From Mobula hypostoma (taxonomy: Eukaryota), in the NCBI RefSeq assembly GCF_963921235.1, contig NW_026948219.1:1488001-1552000 (forward strand): a stretch of DNA of 64,000 bases, given 5' to 3'. Positions 12,040 through 24,279 of this stretch are shown one piece after another. The translations under genes were made by a program, and so were the position numbers. The notes beneath the pieces are model-generated. The model was not told the origin of the DNA, searched no databases, and saw only the letters and a list, made by a program, of their open reading frames with translations. The first letter of the stretch is position 1. Every line of letters starts with the position of its first letter.

Positions 12040-12565
12040 ACACCCCTTCCTCACCCGCTCCGTTTTTATTCAAATATTTCCCCCATTCCATCTCAGTTCT
12101 GAAGGAAGGTTCAAGGGGAAACGTCGACTGTTGACTCTTTTCATAGTCATAGTCATACTTTTTTGATCTCGAGGGAAATTGGTTTTCGTTACAGTTGCAC
12201 CAACCAATAATAGAGTATAAATATAGCAATATAAAACCATAAATAGTTAAATAATAATATGTAAATTATGCTAGGAAATAAGTCCAGGACTAGCCTATTG
12301 ACTCAGGGCGTCTGACTCTCCAAGGGAAGAGTTGTAAGGTTTGATCGCCACAGGCAGGAATGACTTCCTATGAGGCTCAGTTTTGCATCTCGGTGGAATG
12401 AGTCCCTGGCTGAATATACTCCTGTGCCCAACCAGTACTTTATGTAGTGGATGGGAGACATTGTCCAAGACGGCATTGTCGATAGATGCTGCCCGGCCTG
12501 CTGAGTTCCGCCAGCATTTTTTTTGTGTGGCTCTGGATTTCCGGCATCTGTAGACTTTCTCGTGG
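12040..12565 (+). mobile_element. Penelope-like short repeat with degenerate hammerhead core, split by a minus-strand Rex1-type 3' fragment (~12140-12480)
   Basis: 'cagttCTGAAGGAaggttcaagggGAAACGTCgactg' followed after the insert by 'tagatgctgcccggcctgctgagttc...cagcattt'. The insert reads 'IPPRCKTEPHRKSFLPVAIKPYN' with a catagt-repeat tail. Confidence 0.6.
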
Positions 12566-12589
12566 TTGTAATTAACCTCTCCATTGTCC

Positions 12590-12742
12590 CACGGGCCTCC
12601 GGCCACTGGAGGCGCTGTTTCGTCCTCCGGCCGCTGGCAGCGCTGTGTGGCCCTCCGGCCACTGGTGGAGCTGTGTGGACCTCCGGCTACCGGCGGTGAT
12701 TTGTAGCGCTCTGGGTGCCGACCGCAGCTGTCGCCGGCAGCG
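12590..12742 (+). promoter_or_regulatory. GC-rich putative TSS/exon 1 of ZNF gene 1, with four ~28-bp repeats (cctccggccactgg...gctgt)
   Basis: CpG-rich; ends at a strong donor GCG|GTGAGT (12742/12743). Confidence 0.55.
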
Positions 12743-14339
12743 GTGAGTACGGATCTGATCCCGGTATTGTGTGAATTGGAACCCTGCTGCAGTGGGAAAG
12801 GCCTGGGACCGTGTTCTCCCGGACGGCTGAAGGCTCCGGGCTCTCCGGTCCCGCAGCCCCGGTTTTAGCTTTGCGCCCGAGCCCGGGCTGTGAGATCCGT
12901 TCGTTGTGGTTCCCAGGCTGGGAGGGGGTTTGTCTGATCTGTATCCAAGGGTCTCTGCAGTTCCTCGCAGTCACGGGCAGAGTAATTACCATGCAAAAGC
13001 GTGAAGTGTCCGGTTGGGAAACTTTCTATGGTGTGGTGATTAAAAATTGGTGAGGGCCAAATTTCATATGCCAAAGTTCTTATTGTTTGTTCTAATTTTG
13101 TCATTTTAGGATCTTTGGTGCAGTAGTATGTACTATTCATTCACTATATGTGTATTGCTAGAGGATCATCAGTAATGATCCTAGATTTCTTCCCCACATG
13201 GTTCCCTCTGCTCATTCCCTGCCCATCTTGTTCAACCTTTGTCCTGTCTCCCCATCCCTCCCCACTTCAGTGATATGCATCAACCATCTGGGTCAACCTC
13301 AGTCCACCCTGTGTCCCACCTCCTCAATGTTATATATCAGCAATCTTTCTTCTAAACTTTGTCTGCATTGTGAAGTGTTTTTTTACACGTTTGGCCTCGC
13401 TGAGTTATTTCCAGAATCAGTTTTTGTTAGCTGGAATGCCAGAGGGTCATCAGGTACCAGTTGTGTTGTGCATTGGTGTGGAGGTGCTGGTTTTTGAACT
13501 GTGACTGGCTGACACACTGCAGCATTTTCCTGTCAGCAAAGAGTACTGGGAGAGTTGGTGCTTGGGCTATAATCCTGTGATCGGCATTCCAGGCATATGG
13601 TACTGTCGGTGTTCTGGATTTGACTTTGGTTAGTGCTTCTACAGATGGGACTGGATGTTCATCCTTCTGCAATGAAGCAGAAGTTTCGAGCAGCTGGACA
13701 TTGGTTGTGGGGAAATCCCGGATAGCACCACCCAGTCTGAGATGTGGGGACGATATGTGAGGCTCTGAGGGTTGGTCAGTGACAGGTTCAGCTGTGTGAC
13801 CCTGTGAGGTTGGGTCCTGGGATATCACAGTTTTAGATCCAAGTAAAATGGACCCAGGGATCAATCTGCCAGGGTTTCTGAGGTGTTGAGCATGTATTTC
13901 CCATCTTGGATCAAATGTATGTTTCTGGAGTTCCTTTGGAAGCCATGCTGTTGATCTGAGGAGGGAATGAGTTTGTATTCCATCCCTCACAAGGACAGGC
14001 TGTGATTAAATGGGCTGTTCTGTGTTTGCACCAGTAGAAATAGACCTGGGGGGTTCAGTGTTCGAACTGTGATTGGAAATTCTTCCTCACTGTCACCTGT
14101 CTGTCGGACAGTGGAAATCAAACAGAAACTCAATTTGCTGGAGATCTGCACTAAATTCTGAATCCATCCTGGCAAGATTGTGAACCTGAATCATTAAATT
14201 TGTTGCTCTCCCCACAGCAGTTCCTTACCTGTTGAGCGATTCTGGTGATTCCAGTTTCTTTTTATTACATTCACTCTGGAAAGGTTTAAATTTCCTGATT
14301 GTCTGTTGTACTTGGGAATGTGTTCAGTGCAGTTGTTGC

Positions 14340-14830
14340 ATACAAGGTTCACATGAATAATCTCAGGAATGATCGGTTTTATGTATGAGGAGCATTTGAT
14401 AGTTATGGGGCTGTGCTGAATGGAGTTCAGACGGGGTGGTGAAAGGGGAGGTGGTTAAGTAAACCTACTGAATGCTGAAAAGCCTGGATACAATGGACAT
14501 TGAGAGGATATTTCCATTAGATGGAGAGTCTGTGATCTGACAGCACAGTCTCAGAATAAAGATGCTTCCCTTTAAAACTGAGATGAGAAAAATTTCTTCA
14601 GCCAAAAGATGGCTGATCTGTGGAATTTGTCGCCACAGAGGGTGGCTGAGGCTGTCATTTGGGTATATTCAGGGCAGATTAAAATATTCATGATTGCTAA
14701 GTAGCTTCAGGGTTACAGGAGGAAGGCGGGAATATGGTGTTGGAATAAATCTCAGCCGTGGTTGAATGATGGAGCAGACTCGATGGATCGAATCACCTAA
14801 TTCTGTTCCTGTGTCTTATATCTTACCATG
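14340..14830 (+). mobile_element. Degraded CR1 3' fragment
   Basis: 'cacagtctcagaataaag...ttcttcagcca...ctgtggaattt...gactcgatggatcgaatcacctaattctg' matches the CR1 3' end. Confidence 0.7.
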
Positions 14831-15003
14831 ACTGAATGATGACTCCTTCCTATCCCTTATCAGGTTTTGTGACGTGTCAGGGATAATTACAGATTTGTTC
14901 ACTGAGATCATTATATTTGTCTTCAATGTTTAGATTTCAGTGAGCAGAAATATTTTGTTCTCCTTTGTATTGTTAACATGTTTCATTATCTTTCATTTTG
15001 AAG

Positions 15004-15172
15004 TTAGACCTGTGGTGAGAGATTTATTGGAACAAAAGCCCACAACTGGAAGCAAACCACGACTGAAGATGAGGGAACAGCAGCAAATGAACCAGCCCGA
15101 GGACTGAGAGCATCAACTGGAGAGAACCCTTCTGACTCAGGGTTTCCATTGATTCAGTCCGGAGCAAGTTCG
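15004..15172 (+). other. Putative exon 2 (5' leader) of ZNF gene 1
   Basis: Polypyrimidine tract, ttttgaag| acceptor and |gtgagt donor; conserved with the inverted paralog at 5656-5823. Confidence 0.6.
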
Positions 15173-15984
15173 GTGAGTCTCATTTACTCAAACACTGGTC
15201 CTTTAGACATTACATATCTGTACAAAATAAGGTAGGGAATAGTTGTGGTGAGACTGAATGTGCCCAGAAATACCAGTTACGCCTCTGTCAGACCCAGTTG
15301 CAATCACTCCAGGTCTGGTAATGTACTGTCAGTATCCCAGCTCTTTAAACTCACTCACATTCCCTCAGTGTTTGCTCATTTAAAGAACTTGCATCTTCTG
15401 AAGTAGCTTTTGGTCGGTTCTGAGTGTGGAGAGGGAAAGAGGGGTGTTTATATTACTATCTTGCAAAAAGAAGTAATTGTTTGAAATTACTTGCTGCAAA
15501 CTCACTCCCCATACCCTGTACATTCTCAACCAGATTATTGACATAGATGACAATTAACAATGGGTGTAACCCTGGGGAGCTCTATGAGACACGGACCTGG
15601 ACTCCAATAACCAGCCTCCCATCATCACCATCTGCTTCCTACCATCTAGCTGTTCCTAGACTCTGGGCTCTGTGACAAACACAATGTTAGCAGCAAGATT
15701 AGACAGTGATTAATATAAAGAGAGATTTGTTGCTTCCTGAAAGCTGTCTGATGCAACGGACGAGATCCTCTCTTGCTTCCAACTTAATCTGCCTAGGACC
15801 ACTCCTCCTGGGTCACACTGTGTCTGATAACCCACACATCTCCAACCTCCCTCCACCCCGCCAATAGCCCCACAACTTTCCCACCATTTACCCCACACCC
15901 GTACACGTAAACAGATCCACGTCACCGACATCCACTCTCACAGCTTGGGGACCACAACTAACTGATCCTACATTCCCAGCCCAG

Positions 15985-18900
15985 ACTGTCCAGCTGTCCG
16001 GCTCGGTCCCAGCCCTTTCCCACTGCAACCGCTCTTCGATTTACACAAACCCGAGATCAGACCCTTCCTCATCGCCGCCCAACCAGGAGAACCGCCGGCA
16101 ACAGCTGGGGTCGGCCCTGTGCTGTGATTTGCAGGAGGTCCCCACGGCGCCACCAGTGGCCGGAGGTCGGAGGGACAACGTCGAGGATCTGGCTGTTCGG
16201 TTCTTTCACTGTGACACCCCCGAACTCTGCATTAACTCCATCCAGCCAAACCTGGACCAACTTTAACGCCCAACAAATATCATTCCTCTCAGCGATCAGC
16301 TATCGTGAATGATTCACTCACTTTAGAGGAAGGGGTACCTACACTTTCGGGGTGTTTAGATTGCCGGGAGACAAGGACTGCAGGGATGAGAGGTCTTCTG
16401 TTAACTGATACGAACCTGTCTTTACCCTGCTGGCAATTCCGGTTTATATCAGTAAAACTGTTGTTTCTGAAAATACTAAACAACAAGACACTGCACTGAC
16501 TGACCCACCCCAGACCAGATCACCCCGGAAAGTCCTCCTCAGAAACGGTGGGGTTTTGTGACCCAACTCGAGACAAGCACCACACCGCCCACTCTACGGA
16601 CAACATGGCAGAGTAGGGTATCTTGCAGGGGACTTTAAGTCACACAATGTTGGATTCATTGATGAAAACCGTCGTTTCCTTTGTTCACCCCCTGATATCA
16701 TAAAAAATGTCCATCAAAAAGTTTTTGAATACAAACTCTCACCCACATGTGACGTCATTCTGTTGCCCCTACATAAAACCATAAAATATACTGTAGGAGC
16801 AAAATTAGGCCATTTGGCCCATCGCACCTGCTCTGCCATTTAATCATGCCTGTTCCATTTTTCCTCTGTCCCAGTCTCCTTCCTTCTCCCCGTAAACCGT
16901 CACCCATCAGGAATCTAGCAACCTCTGCCTTTGATATCCATAAATACCTGGCCTTCACAGCTGCCCGTGGCAAAGGATTCCACAGATTCACCACTCTCTG
17001 ACTGAAGAATTCCCCCTTATCTCCTTTCTAAAAGAACGCCCCTCTACCCCCTTTAATCTGAAGCTGCGTCCTCTGGTCATGGACTCTCCCAATACAGGAA
17101 ATATCCTCTCCACATCCACTCAATCAAGGCCATTCACCATTCAATAGGATTCAATGAAATCATCCTTCATTCCTCTGAATACAGGTCCAGAGCCATCAAA
17201 TGCTCTTTCTATGACAGGCCATTCAATTCTGCACTCATTTTCGTAAACCTGCTTTGAACTCTCTCCAGTGTCAGTGCATCCTTTCTGAGATAAGGGGCCC
17301 AAAACTGCTGAGAACAATCCAAGAGCTTTATAAAGTCTCAACATTACATCCTCACTGTTATATTTTAGTCTCCTTGAACTGAATGCAAAAATCACATTTG
17401 CCTTCCTCACCACAGACTCGACCCACAAATTAACCTTCAGTGAATCCTGCACAAGGACTTCCAATTCCATTTGCAGCTCAGATTTTTTGTACATTCTCTC
17501 CATTTAGAGAATAGTCAACCCTTTCATTTGGTACTAGAATGTACAATCATCACAGCAATATTTGATTCTGCGCTTCACTCTCCCTGGATTACAATTATTA
17601 AATATTAAAAATATTAAAAATAGTTAAAATTAGTAAATATTAAAAATTTAAATTATAAATCATAAATAGAAAATAGAAAAATGGGAAGTAAGGTCGTGTA
17701 AAAAAAACTGAGAGGCAGGTCCGGATATTTGGAGGGCACGGCCCAGATCCGGGTCAGGATCCGTTCAGCAGCCTTATCACAGTTGGAAAGAAGCTGTTCC
17801 CAAATCTGGCCATACGAGTCTTCAAGCTCCTGAACCTTCTCCCGGAGGGAAGAGGGACAAAAAGTGTGTTGGCTGGGTGGGTCGTGACCTTGATTATCCT
17901 GGCAGCACTGCTCCGACAGCGTGCGGTGTAAAGTGAGTCCACGAATGGAAGATTGGTTTGTGTGATGTGCTGCACCGTGTTCACGATCTTCTGCAGCTTC
18001 TTTCGGTCTTGGACAGGACAACTTCCATACCAGGTTGTGATGCACCCTAGAAGAATGCTTTCTACGGTGCATCTATAAAAATTAGTGAGGTTTTTAGGGG
18101 ACAGGCCAAATCTCTTTAGTTTTCTCTGCAAGTCAAGGCGCTGGTGGGCCTTCTTGGCAGTGAACTCTGCTTGGTTGGACCAAGTCAGGTCATTTGTAAT
18201 ATTGACCCTGAGGAACTTAAAACTTTTGACCTGTTGCACTTGCGCACCACCGATGTAAATTGGGTCGTGCGGTCCGCTACTCCTTCTGAAGTCAACAACC
18301 AATCCCTTTGTCTTGCTGACGTTGAGGGATAGGTTATTGTCTTCACACCATGCCACCAGGTTCTTAATTTCCTCTCTGTACTTAAACTCATCATTTCCCG
18401 ACATACGTCCTACAATTGTTGTGTCATCAGCAAACCTATATATTGAGTTTGATGGAAACTTGGCTACACAATTGTGGGTGTACAGTGAGTACAGCAGTTT
18501 TCCCTTGAGGAAACGATGCTGACTCAGGCCTATTGTATCTTGTGCCTCCAAGTCCCCTGAACTCACATCCTTATCAATCGACTCCAACATCTTCCTAACC
18601 ACTGTCAGATTCACTGGCCAGTAGTTTCCTTTCTTCTGCCTCTCTCCCTTCTTGATGAGTGGAGTGACATTTGCAATATTCCAGTCTTCCAGAACCATTC
18701 CTGAATTTAGTGGTTCTTGAAGGATCATTGCTAATGCCTCCACGATCTCTCCGGCCACCTCTTTCAGAACTCTGGGTGTAAACCATCTGACCCAGGTAGC
18801 TTTTCTGCCTTCAGACCTTCAGTTTCCAAAGAACCTTCTGTCTTGTTGTGGTCCCTTCTGTGCAGGTCCCACCTTCCCTGGAAGACAGCCATGGAACCAA

Positions 18901-18995
18901 AAATCTTATCCTCTCCCCTTCCCTCCCCCCTCCAATGCCTGATGTCACGCATGGGTTTGCTACACCGGGGTCTGACGTCACGTCCACTTCCTTAC
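15985..18995 (-). pseudogene. Inverted, decayed paralog of the 11640-12810 promoter/exon-1 module, split by a LINE nest at 16758-18900
   Basis: Reverse-complement matches: 15990-16175 to 12640-12810; 16348-16757 to 11726-12022; 18930-18995 to 11640-11700. The donor is mutated GTGAG to ATGAG. Confidence 0.75.
16758..18900 (-). mobile_element. CR1 fragment with a nested Rex1-type LINE (~17530-18498)
   Basis: CR1 peptides 'EDWNIANVTPLIKKG...' (18500-18760) and 'VNLWNPLP' (16755-16994) flank Rex1 peptide 'LLYSLYTHNC...FADDTTIVG...FYRCTVESIL...LPSGRR'. Confidence 0.88.
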
Positions 18996-19672
18996 GTCTG
19001 CGGGTTTGTTTCTCATGGTTGTTTAGTTTAATCTTTCTTCCATTCAGACAAGGGAGTGAGATCCAGATCTGTCACGTCCTCTCATTGTGGGTGGGCATTT
19101 TTTATTCATTGACTTCATTCCACTGTTACAAATTGCCGAAGTGTCGCCAATGTTTCGAGGTATATAGCCCTATTATTCCAAGAAGGAAGCCGTTTCTGTT
19201 TTTCTGGGCTTCTCAAACATTTGTACACTTCAGTGAAATCTCCCTCCAGAAGTTCCAGATGAGAAGCTCAGTCTGTCTAATATTTCCACACAATTAAAGT
19301 GGGGAATCGTTTATTATTGTCATGTACCGAGGTTCAATGAAAATCTTGTCTTGCAAACCATCATCTCAGATCCACACATTACAACAGTAGATTATGATAA
19401 AACATTAACAGTGTGTAACAAAGCAATGTGGTTACAGAGAAAATCCACTGCAGGTAGACATGGTGCAAGGTCACATCTAGTTACATTATGAAGTCAAGAG
19501 TCTACCTTATAATGCTGAGGAATATTCAGTTTGCTTATAACAGCAGAATGGAAAATATCCCAAGGTCTGGGGGTATGTTTTCTGTTTTTTCGTTTTCATT
19601 TATCTTCGACCCGAGGGGTGGTTGAGAATGAAGAATGTCTGGTCTGGGGTTCTGGGAATGTTTAATTGGATT

Positions 19673-19900
19673 ATTAGATTATGAAGACACACAGTCGTCT
19701 TTTATTGTCATTTAGTAATGCATGCATTAAGAAATGAAACAGTATTTCCTCCGGTGTGATATCACAAAACACAGGACAGACCAAGACTGAAAAAACTAAC
19801 AAAACCACGTAATTATAACATATAGTTACAACAGTGCAACAATACCATAACTTGATGAAGAACAGTCCGTGGCTCAGTAAAAAGTTCAAAGTCTCTCGAG
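19673..19900 (-). repeat. Interspersed SINE/LINE-tail repeat; an inverted copy lies at 55536-55710 plus 56686-56737
   Basis: Near-identical reverse-complement sequence at two loci in the window. Confidence 0.7.
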
Positions 19901-20659
19901 TGAGTGAGTGAGTCCGTGGAGGGGAGGCTTGTTTCCATGATGTGCTCAGCTGTGTCCACAGTTCTCTGCTGTTTCCTGAAGTCAACAGAAGAGAGTAGCC
20001 GTACAAAGGTGTGAAGTATCTGGATGGGATACTCTTTATGGTATAAACTTAAATTGGCCGGACCAATAACCACACCACAAACAGTTCTTTACTTTATCCT
20101 TTTCATCAGTTTATTTGTTTGAACTGAGCCGGTGAGAAGCTCAGAGCCGAGCATCAGAGAGACAGAACTCCTCTCCCTCTGGCGGCTCGTGACGAACCTT
20201 TGTCTAACATGCAGAAATGTTACAATTTATAGAACTAGCAAAACAAAGAGGACTTTAGTTCAACTGGTATTCCCACCTTGTCCGTTGGAGCAAAACTTAA
20301 TTTCTGAGATAAGAGAGTCCACTAAATCAGGGTTTTAATAACAAATGAACGTTCTGTCCAATCCTTATCAGTTATTCTCTTTTGTTAGACATGGGAGGGA
20401 ACTTAGTTCAATTCGTGTCTCATGAGAACTCAACTCTACGTAATGTTCCCAAGAGACATCTGTGAGTCGTTAATCTAAACAAGCTGCAAGCAGATTCCTC
20501 AGTGAAGGACAAAACAGAAATTTGCACACTATCCAGAACAGAGCACACATAATTTCACACTTAAATTTTAACCCATTATTTACAAGAGTCCAAGAATCAT
20601 TTCTTATTTCACCCAATCCCCTTAAAACTTCATCACCAGAGTATGGAAGCAGATGGATC

Positions 20660-22520
20660 TTCCCCTCCGACTGGAAGCCTGTGACTAGTTGTTTGTCATC
20701 TATATCAGTTATCTGGATGATATGGTGGTTAACTGGATCAGCAAATTTGTGGATGACACCAAGATTAGTGGTGTAGTGGACAGCGAGGAAGACTATCATA
20801 TCTTGCAGTGACATCTGGACCCACTGGAAAAATGGGTTGAGAAATGGAAAATGGAATTTAATGCAGACAAGTGTGAAGTGTTGCACTTTAGTAGGACCTA
20901 CCAGGGTAGGTCTTACACAGTGACTGGTAGGGCACCGAGAAGTGTTGTAGAAGAAATGAATCTGAGAATACAGGTCTATATTTCACTGAAAGTGGTGTCA
21001 CAGTTTGATAGGGATGGAAAAAAAGATTTTGGGACATTGGCGTTCATAAACCAAATTACTGAGTACAAGAGATGGATGTTATGTTGGTGTTGTACAAGAC
21101 ATTGGTGAGACCTAATTTGGAGTGTTGGGTCCAGTTTTGGTCACTGTTACGTACCCCGTAACTGGGTTGCCAAACCAGCAGAAATGGATCACTCAGTTGG
21201 AGTCTGGATTACTGGAACTAAGAAAGTTTTATTAAAGGAATAAGCAACACAGTACCCTAATAGTAAGGATATAAATGCAACAGGTTAGCAATGAATAAAC
21301 ACACATGTACACAGGACTAGGATAATAGGATCAATCAAGCTCTACCGCAGTCTAGGGGTAAAATGATCAATCACAAGTGACAGAGTTCAATTTAGTTCAT
21401 TTCACAGTAATCACTTTTGTGCCGTTGAAGAGAGAGAGAGAACGAATGAATATTCAAATCGGATTCCAAACAGACCTTCGATATTCCTCGCAGTTAGCTT
21501 TCGGGCGAGCCCTTTGTAATGTCTTCTGAGGTCACCGACTGTGACCCCTCCGTTTCAGACACGATCGTTCTTCTGCGGTGAACCTAGCACCCAGGCAAGG
21601 GCGGACACACACACCTGGTTCCTGCCGACCGTAACTTTCCACCCTGTGCGTCTATGGCTGGTCCTGTGACCAGCCCTCCAAAACTCCCACCGACTTGTGG
21701 GGGCGCACCGCTTCCAGGGTCTCGTTACCTCGTGGTGTCGTGAGTGGTGTCCGTTGCCTTAGCAAACCTGTCCCTTTTTATCCCCCCTATTGGGGTATCG
21801 CCTGTCCATCAGACTTCAAAAAGTTCAGGGTTCAAAGCAGCCGGTCTTGACAATACTCAGACCGGTGTCTCCTTCCATTAAACTCTCTCGTCTCTTCATT
21901 AACATTTCCAAATGTTGCTCCATTGTCTTACTTATCTCTCCTCCTGAAGACAGGTGGCAGATCAACTGACGATCCCACTGCTGATAGCACAGGACAGTCA
22001 ACATCTCAGTCTATGCACACCTTTGTCACATCACCAACCTGCAGGAAGATGTGAAAGAGGTTGAAAGAGTTCAGGGAAAATTCGCAAGGATGTTGCCAGG
22101 TCTGGAGGACTTGGGTTATAAGGAGAGATTGAACAGGATGGGGCTTTATTCCTTGGAATGTAAAAGATTGAGGGGAGATTTGATGCAGGTGTGCCAAAAT
22201 TATGAGGGTTATAGTTAGGGTAAATGCAAGCTGGCTTTTTCCACTGAGATTTGGTGGGACTACAACCAGAGGCCACAGATTAAGGGTGACATTGAAACAT
22301 GAAGGGGAACATGAGGGGAAACTTTTTCACACAGATGGTCATCCAGGTGTGGAATGAGCAGACAGTCCAACTGGTGCATGCGAGCTCAATTTCAACATGT
22401 AAGAGGTTTGTATAGGTACCTGGATGGTACGGGTACGGGGGTAGGTAGTTTAAATAGTTCAACACAAACTAGATGGGCCAAAGGGCCTGTTTCTGTGTTG
22501 TACTTTTCTATGACTCTGTG
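20660..22520 (+). mobile_element. Degraded CR1 RT/3' fragment, interrupted by a solo LTR
   Basis: 'SKFVDDTK', 'MEFNADKCEVLHF', and the CR1 3' end 'gggccaaagggcctgtttctgtg...ttctatgactct'. Confidence 0.85.
21145..22030 (-). mobile_element. Solo LTR (886 bp, Gypsy-like) with 4-bp TSD TCAC
   Basis: TG...CA termini; TCAC on both sides; minus-strand AATAAA ~21227-21232; empty site in the duplicate at ~32565. Confidence 0.85.
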
Positions 22521-22904
22521 ACAAGAACATGAAATAATATTAATATTCATTTAATTCCTTTTAACAGCTGTGCAGACCAACCATTCATCTGGGCAGAAGA
22601 TGTTTTCATGGCTTTAAAACTGTGGCACTTTATATTGACAGTAGATCAAAGAAAATCCCAGCTGTACATCAACAAAGGGGGGAACCCATTCACCTGCTGA
22701 GACAATGGGAATGGATTCAGTCGGTCATCTCAGCTGAAGGTGCATCAGCAAGTTCACACTGGGACAAGGCCATTCACCTTTTCTGTGTGTGAGAAGGGAT
22801 TCAGTCGGTCTTCCCACCTGTGGACACACCAGTCTGTTCACACTGAGCAGAGGCTGGTCATCTGCTGAATTTGTGGGGAATGTTTCACTCGGTTATCTGA
22901 CCTA

Positions 22905-23945
22905 ATGGCTCACCAGCGAGTTCACACCGGGGAGCGGCCGTTCACCTGCTCAGACTGTGGGAAGGGATTCACTAAATCATGTAAACTGAAGGTACATCAG
23001 CGAGTTCACACTGGAGAGAGGCCGTTCACCTGCTCAGACTGTGGGAAGGGATTTACTGTATCATCTCAGTTACTGAGACACCAGTCAGTTCACACTGGGG
23101 AGAGGCCATTCACCTGCTCAGACTGCGGGAAGGGATTCATTCAGTCATCTCATCTGAAGGCACACCAGCGAGTTCACACCAGGGAGAGACCATTCACCTG
23201 CTCAGTCTGTGGGAAGGGATTCACTTGCTCATTTAATCTGAAGGTACATCAGCGAGTTCACACTGGGGATAGGCCGTTCACCTGCTCAGACTGTGGGAAG
23301 GGATTCAAACTGTTCACTCACCTACTGACACATCAGCGAGTTCACACTGGGGAGAGACCATTCACCTGCTCAGACTGTGGGAAGGGATTCATTCAGTCAT
23401 CTCAACTGAAGGTACATCAGAGAGTTCACACCAGGGAGAGACCATTCACCTGCTCAGTCTGTGGGAAGGGATTCACTTGCTCATTTAATCTGAAGGTACA
23501 TCAGCGAGTTCACACTGGGGATAGGCCGTTCACCTGCTCAGACTGTGGGAAGGGATTCAAACTGTTCGCTCACCTACTGACACATCAGCGAGTTCACACT
23601 GGGGAGAGGCCGTTCACCTGCTCAGACTGTGGGAAGGGATTCACTCAGTCATATCAACTGAGGGTACATCAGCGAATTCACACTGGGGTGAGGCCGTTCA
23701 CCTGCTCAGTGTGTGGGAAGGGATTCACAAAGTCATCTGCTGTACTGAGACACCAGTCAGTTCACACTGGGGAGAGGCCATTCATCTGCTCAGTGTGTGG
23801 GAAGGGATTCGTAGATTCATCTCAACTGAAGGTACATCAGCGAGTTCACACCGGGGAGAGGCCATTCACCTGCTCAGACTGTGGGAAGGGATTCACTTGC
23901 TCATCTCATCTACTGAGACACCAGTCAGTTCACACCAGGGAGTGA
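22905..23945 (+). CDS. C2H2 Kruppel-type zinc-finger protein, 12 fingers, no KRAB (ZNF gene 1); last exon starts at acceptor 22567/22568
   Basis: 346-aa ORF of CxxC-x12-HxxxH repeats with TGERPF linkers; degenerate fingers on both sides. Confidence 0.9.
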   Translation: MAHQRVHTGERPFTCSDCGKGFTKSCKLKVHQRVHTGERPFTCSDCGKGFTVSSQLLRHQSVHTGERPFTCSDCGKGFIQSSHLKAHQRVHTRERPFTCSVCGKGFTCSFNLKVHQRVHTGDRPFTCSDCGKGFKLFTHLLTHQRVHTGERPFTCSDCGKGFIQSSQLKVHQRVHTRERPFTCSVCGKGFTCSFNLKVHQRVHTGDRPFTCSDCGKGFKLFAHLLTHQRVHTGERPFTCSDCGKGFTQSYQLRVHQRIHTGVRPFTCSVCGKGFTKSSAVLRHQSVHTGERPFICSVCGKGFVDSSQLKVHQRVHTGERPFTCSDCGKGFTCSSHLLRHQSVHTRE

Positions 23946-24279
23946 CCATTCACTTGTTCAGTCTGTGGGAAGGGTTTCAATTGGTCATTTCACCTGCTGA
24001 CACACAGGGAAATGGCCGTTCACCTGCTCTGTCTGTGGGAAGGGATTCATTCAGTCATCTCAACTGAAGGAACATCAGCAAGTCCACACTGGGAAGGGGC
24101 CGATCAGCTGCTCAGACTGTGGGAAGAAATTCTCTCAGCCAAATCAACCAATTGTGCATCACTGAGTTCACACTGGGGAGAGGCCGTTCACCTGCTGTGA
24201 ACGTGGTGAAGTATTTACGGTGGACATGGACTGTGCCTTTAAATGAGAGAGAAAAACTGTCTGCAGTACTGCTGCCTGC

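Noticed and set aside
12590-12690. CTCF sites in the ~28-bp promoter repeats
   Set aside because: CCACTGGAGGCGCT is one base short of the core spacing, so the match is not convincing.
13400-14200. 187-aa minus-strand ORF and surrounding sequence
   Set aside because: No recognisable domain or splice context; left unassigned.
17754-18758. 334-aa ORF as a novel chimeric reverse transcriptase
   Set aside because: It is a chance in-frame junction (FLKGK|LLYSLY) of a Rex1 insert with a deleted CR1; the central RT motifs are missing.
22866-22868. Selenocysteine or programmed readthrough at the conserved TGA
   Set aside because: The codon is at a Ser-type position, not a Cys ligand; there is no CUAG context or recognisable SECIS; genes 1 and 3 have extra in-frame stops. 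Kept only as a uORF hypothesis.
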